In this document: piece after piece, positions 54,498-64,000 of the stretch
Layout of the letters: the number at the start of each line of letters is the position of its first letter
How positions within the stretch are numbered: position 1 is the first letter of the stretch
NCBI GenBank assembly: GCA_964016885.1
Contig: OZ024741.1
Span: 262,570,001 to 262,634,000 of the forward strand
Length of the DNA: 64,000 bases
DNA from: Eledone cirrhosa
Taxonomy: Eukaryota
Reading direction: 5' to 3'
Program-made: the position numbers and the translations under genes
The notes under the pieces: generated by a model
The model's input: only the letters and a program-made list of their open reading frames with translations
The model's database searches: none
Told to the model about the DNA's origin: nothing

Positions 54498-57400
54498 GTT
54501 TCGCTTTACGAGTGTTTCGACTTACGAGTGTTTCGACATACGAGTGTTTCGACTTACGAATGTTTTTGCTTACGGGTGTTTCGACTTACGAATGTTTTTG
54601 CTTACGAGTGTTTCGGTTTACGAGTGTTCCGACTTACGAGTGTTCCGACTTACGAGTGTTTCGGCTTACGAGTGTTTCCGGCTTACGAGTGTTTCGACTT
54701 ACTAATGTTTTTACTTACGAGTGTTTCGGCGTACGAGTGTTTTGACTTACGAGTGTTTCGACTTACGAGTGTTTTGACTTACGAATGTTTTGACTTACGG
54801 GTGTTTCGGCTTACGAGTGTTTCGACTTACGAGTGTTTCGGCTTGCGAGTGTTTCGACTTACTAATGTTTTTACTTACGAGTGTTTCGGCGTACGAGTGT
54901 TTCGACTTACGAGTGTTTCGACTTACGGGTGTTTTGACTTACGGGTGTTTCGGCTTACGAGTGTTTCGACTTACGAGTGTTTTGACTTAAGGGTGTTTCG
55001 ACTTACGAGTGTTTCGACTTACGAGTGTTTCGACTTACGAGTGTTTCGGATTACGAATGTTTTGACTTGAGGGTTTTCGTCTTACGAGTGTTTCGATACG
55101 AGTGTTTCGACTTACGAGTGTTTTGACTTACGATTGTTTTGACTTACGGGTATTTCGGCTTACGAGTGTTTCGACTTACGAGTGTTTCGACGTACGAGTG
55201 TTTTGACTTGCGTGTGTTTCGACTTACGAGTGTTTTGGTTTACGTGTGTTTCGACTTACGAATGTTTCGGCTTACGAGTGTTTCGACTTACGAGTGTTCC
55301 GACCTACGAGTGTTTCGGCTACGGATGTTCCGACTTACGAGTATTTTCGGCTTACGATTGTTTTGACTTACGATTGTTTTGACGTACGATTGTTTCGGCT
55401 TACGAGTGTTTCGACTTACGAGTGTTTCGATTTACGTGTGTTTCGACTTACGAATGTTTCGACTTACGAGTGTTTCGGCTTACGAGTGTTTCGTCTTATG
55501 AGTGTTTTGACTTAAGGGTGTTTCGACGAGTGTTTCGATACGAGTGTTTCGACTTACGGGTGTTCTGACTTACGAGTGTTCTGATTTACGGATGTTTCGA
55601 ATTATGAGTGTTTCGACTACGAGTGTTTCGACTTACGAGTGTTTCGACTACGAGTGTTTCGACTTACGAGTGTTCTGACTTACGAGTGTTCTGACTTACG
55701 GGTGTTCTGACTTACGAGTGTTCCGACTTACGAGTGTTTCGGCTTATGAGTGTTTCGGCTTACGAGCGTTTCGACTACGAGTGTTTCGACTTACGAATGT
55801 TTTTGCTTACGAGTGTTTCGACTTACGAATGTTTTTGCTTACGAGTGTTTCGGCTTACAAGTGTTTCGACTTACAAGTGTTTCGACTTACGAGTGTTTTG
55901 ACTTACGGTGTTTCGGCTTACGAGTGTTTCGACATACGAGTGTTTTGACTTACCGGTGTTTCGACTTACGGATGTTTCGACTTACGGGTGTTTCGACTCA
56001 CGAGTGTTTCTACTTACGAGTGTTTCGACTTACGAGTGTTCCGACTTACGAGTGTTTTGACTTACGAGTGTTCCGACTTACGAGTGTTTCGGCTTACGAG
56101 TGTTTCGGCTCACGAGTGTTTCAACTTACGAGTGTTTTGAATTACGAATGTTTTGCCTTACGGGTGTTTCGGTTTACGGGTGTTTTGACTTACGAGTGTT
56201 CTGACTTACGAGTGTTCCGGCTTACGAGTGTTTCGGCTTACGAGTGTTTCGACTCACGAGTGTTCCGACCTACGAGTGTTTCGGCTACGGATGTTCCGAC
56301 TTACGAGTATTTTCGACTTACGAGTGTTTTGACTTACGGGTATTTCGGCTTACGAGTGTTTCGACTTACGAGTGTTTCGACGTACGAGTGTTTTGACTTG
56401 CGGGTGTTTCGACTTACGAGTGTTTTGGTTTACGTGTGTTTCGACTTACGAATGTTTCGGCTTACGAGTGTTTCGACTTACGAGTGTTCCGACCTACGAG
56501 TGTTTCGGCTACGGATGTTCCGACTTACGAGTATTTTCGGCTTACGAGTGTTTTGACTTACGAGTGTTTCGATTTACGAGTGTTTTGACGTAAGAATGTT
56601 TTGACTTACGGGTGTTTCGGCTTATGAGTGTTTCGACTTACGAGTGTTTCGATTTACGTGTGTTTCGACTTACGAATGTTTCGACTTACGAGTGTTTCGG
56701 CTTACGAGTGTTTCGTCTTATGAGTGTTTTGACTTAAGGGTGTTTCGACGAGTGTTTCGATACGAGTGTTACGAGTGTTCTGACTTACGGGTGTTCTGAC
56801 TTACGAGTGTTCCGACTTACGAGTGTTTCGGCTTATGAGTGTTTCGGCTTACGAGCGTTTCGACTACGAGTGTTTCGACTTACGAATGTTTTTGCTAACG
56901 AGTGTTTCGACTTACGAATGTTTTTGCTTACGAGTGTTTCGGCTTACGAGTGTTTCGACTTACAAGTGTTTCGAATTACGAGTGTTTTGACTTACGGTGT
57001 TTCGGCTTACGAGTGTTTCGACATACGAGTGTTTTGACTTACCGCTGTTTCGACTTACGGGTGTTTCGACTTACGAGAGTTTCGACTTACGAGTGTTCTG
57101 ACTTACGAGTGTTCTGACTTACGAGTGTTCCGACTTGCGAGTGTTTCGGCTTACGAGTGTTTCGACATGCGAGTTTTTTTACTTACGAGTGTTTTGGTTT
57201 ACGTGTGTTTCGATTTACGAGTGTTTCGACTTACGAGTGTTTCGACGTACGAGTGTTTTGACTTGCGGGTGTTTCGACTTACGAGTGTTTTGGTTTACGT
57301 GTGTTTCGACTTACGAATGTTTCGGCTTACGAGTGTTTCGACTTACGAGTGTTCCGACCTACGAGTGTTTCGGCTACGGATGTTCCGACTTACGAGTATT

Positions 57401-59929
57401 TTCGGCTTACGAGTGTTTTGACTTACGATTGTTTTGACTTACGGGTATTTCGGCTTACGAGTGTTTCGACTTACGAGTGTTTCGACTTACGAGTGTTTTG
57501 ACTTACGGGTGTTTCGACTTACGAGTGTTTTGGTTTACGTGTGTTTCGACTTACGAATGTTTCGGCTTACGAGTGTTTCGACTTACGAGTGTTTTGGTTT
57601 ACGTATGTTTCGACTTACGAATGTTTCGGCTTACGAGTGTTTCGACTTACGAGTGTTTAAACTTATGAGTGTTTTGACTTACGAGTGTTTCGACTTACGA
57701 GTGTTTTGGCGTACGAGTGTTTCGACTTACGAGTGTTTCGACTTACGGGTGTTTTGACTTACGGGTGTTTCTGCTTACGAGTGTTTCGACTTACGAGTGT
57801 TTTGGCTTAAGGGTGTTTCGACTTACGAGTGTTGCGACTTACGAGTGTTCCGACTTACGGGTGTTTTGACTTACGTGTGTTTTGACATACGAGTGTTTCG
57901 ACTTACGAGTGTTTTGACTTACGTGTGTTTTGACATACGAGTGTTTCTATACGAGTGTTTCGACTTACGAGTGTTCTGACTTACGATTGTTCTGACTTAC
58001 GAGCGTTCTGACTTACGAGTGTTTCGGCTTACGAGTGTTTCGGCTTACGAGTGTTTCGACTTACGAGTGTTTCGACTTACGAGTGTTCCGACTTACGGGT
58101 GTTTCGACTTACGAGTGTTTTGGCTTACGGTGTTTCGACTTACGAGTGTTTCGAGTTAAGAGTGTTTTGACTTACGCGTGTTTTGACATACGAGTGTTCT
58201 GACTTACGAGTGTTATGACTTACGAGTGTTCTGACTTACGAGTGTTCTGATTTACGGATGTTTCGAATTATGAGTGTTTCGACTACGAGTGTTTCGACTT
58301 ACGAGTGTTTCGACTACGAGTGTTTCGACTTCCGAGTGTTCTGACTTACGAGTGTTCTGACTTACGGGTGTTCTGACTTACGAGTGTTCCGACTTACGAG
58401 TGTTTCGGCTTATGAGTGTTTCGGCTTACGAGCGTTTCGACTACGAGTGTTTCGACGTACGAATGTTTTTGCTTACGAGTGTTTCGACTTACGAATGTTT
58501 TTGCTTACGAATGTTTTTGCTTACGAGTGTTCTGACTTACGAGTGTTTTGACTTACGAGTGTTCCGACTTACGAGTGTTTTGGTTTACGTGTGTTTCGAC
58601 TTACGAATGTTTCGGCTTACGAGTGTTTCGACTTATGAGTGTTCCGACCTACGAGTGTTTCGGATACGGATGTTCCGACTTACGAGTATTTTCGGCTTAC
58701 GAGTGTTTTGACTTACCATTGTTTTGACTTACGATTGTTTCGGCTTACGAGTGTTTCGACTTACGAGTGTTTCGATTTACGAGTGTTTTGACTTACGGGT
58801 GTTTCGACTTACGAGTGTTTTGGTTTACGTGTGTTTCGACTTACGAATGTTTCGGCTTATGAGTGTTTCGACTTACGAGTGTTTCGACTTACGGTTGTTC
58901 TGACTTACGGGTATTCCGACTTACGAGTGATTTGGCATACGAGTGTTTCGACTTACGAGTGTTTTCGGCTTACGAGTGTTTCGACTTACGAGTGTTTTGA
59001 CTTACGATTGTTTCGGATTACGAGTGTTTCGACTTACGAGTGTTTTGACTTACCGGTGTTTCGACTTACGGATGTTTCGACTTACGGGTGTTTCGACTCA
59101 CGAGTGTTTCTACTTACGAGTGTTTCGACTTACGAGTGTTCCGACTTACGAGTGTTTTGACTTACGAGTGTTCCGACTTACGAGTGTTTCGGCTTACGAG
59201 TGTTTCGGCTCACGAGTGTTTCAACTTACGAGTGTTTTGAATTACGAATGTTTTGCCTTACGGGTGTTTCGGTTTACGGGTGTTTTGACTTACGAGTGTT
59301 CTGACTTACGAGTGTTCCGGCCTACGAGTGTTTCGGCTTACGAGTGTTTCGACTCACGAGTGTTCGGACCTACGAGTGTTTCAGCTACGGATGTTCCGAC
59401 TTACGAGTATTTTCGACTTACGAGTGTTTTGACTTACGATTGTTTTGACTTACGGGTATTTCGGCTTACGAGTGTTTCGACTTACGAGTGTTTCGACGTA
59501 CGAGTGTTTTGACTTGCGGGTGTTTCGACTTACGAGTGTTTTGGTTTAGGTGTGTTTCGACTTACGAATGTTTCGGCTTACGAGTGTTTCGACTTACGAG
59601 TGTTCCGACCTACGAGTGTTTCGGCTACGGATGTTCCGACTTACGAGTATTTTCGGCTTACGAGTGTTTTGACTTACGATTGTTTTGACGTACGATTGTT
59701 TCGGCTTACGAGTGTTTCGACTTACGAGTGTTTCGATTTACGAGTGTTTTGACTTAAGAATGTTTTGACTTACGGGTGTTTCGGCTTATGAGTGTTTCGA
59801 CTTACGAGTGTTTTGACTTACGGGTGTTTCGACTTACGAGTGTTTTGGTTTACGTGTGTTTCGACTTACGAATGTTTCGACTTACGAGTGTTTCGGCTTA
59901 CGAGTGTTTCGTCTTATGAGTGTTTTGAC

Positions 59930-62900
59930 TTAAGGGTGTTTCGACGAGTGTTTCGATACGAGTGTTTCGACTTACGGGTGTTCTGACTTACGAGTGTTCT
60001 GATTTACGGATGTTTCGAATTATGAGTGTTTCGACTACGAGTGTTTCGACTTACGAGTGTTTCGACTACGAGTGTTTCGACTTACGAGTGTTCTGACTTA
60101 CGAGTGTTCTGACTTACGGGTGTTCTGACTTACGAGTGTTCCGACTTACGAGTGTTTCGGCTTATGAGGGTTTCGGCTTACGAGCGTTTCGACTACGAGT
60201 CTTTCGACTTACGAATGTTTTTGCTAACGAGTGTTTCGACTTACGAATGTTTTTGCTTACGAGTGTTTCGGCTTACGAGTGTTTCGACTTACAAGTGTTT
60301 CGAATTACGAGTGTTTTGACTTACGGTGTTTCGGCTTACGAGTGTTTCGACATACGAGTGTTTTGATTTACCGCTGTTTCGACTTACGGGTGTTTCGACT
60401 TACGAGAGTTTCGACTTACGAGTGTTCTGACTTACGAGTGTTCTGACTTACGAGTGTTCCAACTTGCGAGTGTTTCGGCTTACGAGTGTTTCGACATGCG
60501 AGTTTTTTTTACTTACGAGTGTTTTGATTTACGTGTGTTTCGACTTACGAGTGTTTCGACTTACGAGTGTTTCGACGTACGAGTGTTTTGACTTGCGGGT
60601 GTTTCGACTTACGAGTGTTTTGGTTTACGTGTGTTTCGACTTACGAATGTTTCCGCTTACGAGTGTTTCGACTTACGAGTGTTCCGACCTACGAGTGTTT
60701 CGGCTACGGATGTTCCGACTTACGAGTATTTTCGGCTTACGAGTGTTTTGACTTACGATTGTTTTGACTTACGGGTATTTCGGCTTACGAGTGTTTCGAC
60801 TTACGAGTGTTTCGACTTACGAGTGTTTTGACTTACGGGTGTTTCGACTTACGAGTGTTTTGGTTTACGTGTGTTTCGACTTACGAATGTTTCGGCTTAC
60901 GAGTGTTTCGACTTACGAGTGTTTTGACTTACGGGTGTTTCGACTTACGAGTGTTTTGGTTTACGTATGTTTCGACTTGCGAATGTTTCGGCTTACGAGT
61001 GTTTCGACTTACGAGTGTTTAAACTTACGAGTGTTTTGACTTACGGGTGTTTCGACTTACGAGTGTTTTGGCGTACGAGTGTTTCGACTTACGAGTGTTT
61101 CGACTTATGGGTGTTTTGACTTACGGGTGTTTCGGCTTACGAGTGTTTCGACTTACGAGTGTTTTGACTTAAGGGTGTTTCGACTTACGAGTGTTTCGAC
61201 TTACGAGTGTTCCGACTTACGGGTGTTTTGACTTACGTGTGTTTTGACATACGAGTGTTTCGACTTACGAGTGTTTTGACTTACGTGTGTTTTGACATAC
61301 GAGTGTTTCGATACGAGTGTTTCGACTTACGAGTGTTCTGACTTACGATTGTTCTGACTTACGAGCGTTCTGACTTACGAGTGTTTCGGCTTACGAGTGT
61401 TTCGGCTTACGAGTGGTTCGACTTACGAGTGTTTCGACTTACGAGTGTTCCGACTTACGGGTGTTTCGACTTACGAGTGTTTTGGCTTACGGTGTTTCGA
61501 CTTACGAGTGTTTCGAGTTAAGAGTGTTTTGACTTACGCGTGTTTTGACATACGAGTGTTCTGACTTACGAGTGTTCTGACTTACGAGTGTTCTGACTTA
61601 CGAGTGTTCTGATTTACGGATGTTTCGAATTATGAGTGTTTCGACTACGAGTGTTTCGACTTACGAGTGTTTCGACTACGAGTGTTTCGACTTCCGAGTG
61701 TTCTGACTTACGAGTGTTCTGACTTACGGGTGTTCTGACTTACGAGTGTTCCGACTTACGAGTGTTTCGGCTTATGAGTGTTTCGGCTTACGAGCGTTTC
61801 GACTACGAGTGTTTCGACTTACGAATGTTTTTGCTTACGAGTGTTTCGACTTACGAATGTTTTTGCTTACGAATGTTTTTGCTTACGAGTGTTCTGACTT
61901 GCGAGTGTTTTGACTTACGAGTGTTCCGACTTACGAGTGTTTTGGTTTACGTGTGTTTCGACTTACGAATGTTTCGGCTTACGAGTGTTTCGACTTACGA
62001 GTGTTCCGACCTACGAGTGTTTCGGATACGGATGTTCCGACTTACGAGTATTTTCGGCTTACGAGTGTTTTGACTTACGATTGTTTTGACTTACGATTGT
62101 TTCGGCTTACGAGTGTTTCGACTTACGAGTGTTTCGATTTACGAGTGTTTTGACTTACGGGTGTTTCGACTTACGAGTGTTTCGACTTACGAGTGTTTCG
62201 ACTTACGGTTGTTCTGACTTACGGGTATTCCGACTTACTAGTGATTTGGCATACGAGTGTTTCGACTTACGAGTGTTTTCGGCTTACGAGTGTTTCGACT
62301 TACGAGTGTTTTGACTTACGATTGTTCCGGATTACGAGTGTTTCGACTTACGAGTGTTTCGGCTTACGAGTGTTTCGGCTTTCGAGTGTTTTGACTTAAG
62401 GGTGTTTCGACGAGTGTTTCGATACGAGTGTTTCGACTTACGGGTGTTCTGACTTACGAGTGTTCTGATTTACGGATGTTTCGAATTATGAGTGTTTCGA
62501 CTACGAGTGTTTCGACTTACGAGTGTTTCGACTACGAGTGTTTCGACTTACGAGTGTTCTGACTTACGAGTGTTCTGACTTACGAGTGTTCTGACTTACG
62601 AGTGTTCCGACTTACGAGTGTTTCGGCTTATGAGGGTTTCGGCTTACGAGCGTTTCGACTACGAGTGTTTCGACTTACGAATGTTTTTGCTAACGAGTGT
62701 TTCGACTTACGAATGTTTTTGCTTACGAGTGTTTCGGCTTACGAGTGTTTCGACTTACAAGTGTTTCGAATTACGAGTGTTTTGACTTACGGTGTTTCGG
62801 CTTACGAGTGTTTCGACATACGAGTGTTTTGACTTACCGCTGTTTCGACTTACGGGTGTTTCGACTTACGAGAGTTTCGACTTACGAGTGTTCTGACTTA

Positions 62901-63840
62901 CGAGTGTTCTGACATACGAGTGTTCCGACTTGCGAGTGTTTCGGCTTACGAGTGTTTCGACATGCGAGTTTTTTTACTTACGAGTGTTTTGATTTACGTG
63001 TGTTTCGACTTACGAGTGTTTCGACTTACGAGTGTTTCGACGTACGAGTGTTTTGACTTGCGGGTGTTTCGACTTACGAGTGTTTTGTTTTACGTGTGTT
63101 TCGACTTACGAATGTTTCGGCTTACGAGTGTTTCGACTTACGAGTGTTCCGACCTACGAGTGTTTCGGCTACGGATGTTCCGACTTACGAGTATTTTCGG
63201 CTTACGAGTGTTTTGACTTACGATTGTTTTGACTTACGGGTATTTCGGCTTACGAGTGTTTCGACTTACGAGTGTTTCGACTTACGAGTGTTTTGACTTA
63301 CGGGTGTTTCGACTTACGAGTGTTTTGGTTTACGTGTGTTTCGACTTACGAATGTTTCGGCTTACGAGTGTTTCGACTTACGAGTGTTTTGACTTACGGG
63401 TGTTTCGACTTACGAGTGTTTTGGTTTACGTATGTTTCGACTTGCGAATGTTTCGGCTTACGAGTGTTTCGACTTACGAGTGTTTAAACTTACGAGTGTT
63501 TTGACTTACGGGTGTTTCGACTTACGAGTGTTTTGGCGTACGAGTGTTTCGACTTATGGGTGTTTTGACTTACGGGTGTTTCGGCTTACGAGTGTTTCGA
63601 CTTACGAGTGTTTTGACTTAAGGGTGTTTCGACTTACGAGTGTTTCGACTTACGAGTGTTCCGACTTACGGGTGTTTTGACTTACGTGTGTTTTGACATA
63701 CGAGTGTTTCGACTTACGAGTGTTTTGACTTACGTGTGTTTTGACATACGAGTGTTTCGATACGAGTGTTTCGACTTACGAGTGTTCTGACTTACGATTG
63801 TTCTGACTTACGAGCGTTCTGACTTACGAGTGTTTCGGCT
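59930..63840. repeat. Tandem duplication, period about 2465 bp (second copy partial)
   Basis: ORF pairs 60136/62602, 60231/62697 and 60764/63229; private TATGAGGGTTTC variant in both copies. Confidence 0.8.
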
Positions 63841-64000
63841 TACGAGTGTTTCGACATGCGAGTTTTTTTACTTACGAGTGTTTTGATTTACGTGTGTTTC
63901 GACTTACGAGTGTTTCGACTTACGAGTGTTTCGACGTACGAATGTTTTGACTTGCGGGTGTTTCGACTTACGAGTGTTTTGTTTTACGTGTGTTTCGACT

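Larger units (their letters stand above)
44370..57560. repeat. Tandem duplication, period about 6.5-6.7 kb (E-D-A unit)
   Basis: Offsets +6635 (44406/51041, 45179/51814, 46717/53352), +6681 (47138/53819, 49069/55750) and +6500 (50307/56807, 50625/57125). Confidence 0.88.
1..64000. repeat. Satellite DNA array, 16-bp monomer GACTTACGAGTGTTTC, about 3,900 head-to-tail copies, running off both window edges
   Basis: 16-bp periodicity is visible throughout. Common variants: TTTCGAC, TTTTGAC, TTCTGAC, TTCCGAC, TTTCGGC; TACGAG, TACGGG, TACGAA. Length variants of 12, 14, 15 and 17 bp occur. No inverted block seen. Confidence 0.99.

Noticed and set aside
111-63680. About 300 + strand ORFs encoding (DLRVFRLTSVSTYECF)n-like peptides
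   Set aside because: A 16-bp monomer gives a 48-bp, 16-aa stop-free cycle in all three + frames. Stops arise only from variants such as TGA. On the minus strand TAA (from TTA) cycles through all frames, which explains why no minus-strand ORFs appear. Frequent 12/14/15/17-bp monomers break frame, so there is no sign of coding constraint.
1-64000. Telomerase-synthesised long telomeric repeat (Candida-type; TACGGATGT variant)
   Set aside because: Variant monomers are copied in multi-kb blocks with embedded elements over more than 64 kb, which is inconsistent with templated addition of a uniform unit. The motif match is short and confined to a minority variant.
1-64000. Synthetic data-storage DNA or a sequencing concatemer artefact
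   Set aside because: Hierarchical duplications with nested shared and private variants fit natural satellite evolution. Individual duplications could still be assembly errors.

Overview
The whole 64 kb window is one head-to-tail satellite array with a 16-bp consensus monomer GACTTACGAGTGTTTC (about 3,900 copies, 44% GC, two CpGs, all in one orientation). I see no credible gene, RNA gene or CRISPR array. The roughly 300 + strand ORFs are read-through of the stop-free 48-bp trimer (DLRVFRLTSVSTYECF). The only non-monomer sequence is a 70-bp AT-rich element present 29 times, always in the same orientation and monomer phase and always preceded by the same ordered run of variant monomers. These elements and diagnostic monomer variants define higher-order units (A-B-C-D, about 4.2 kb) and nested tandem duplications of about 1.9, 2.4, 2.5, 3.4 and 6.6 kb. 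One site has the complete leader but no element. This is most likely eukaryotic heterochromatic, centromeric or subtelomeric DNA, but the organism and chromosomal position cannot be determined here. The monomer resembles pogo/Tigger-type terminal motifs and a shortened CENP-B box, which is inference only. Coordinates were read by eye and from ORF-track offsets, so duplication boundaries are approximate.
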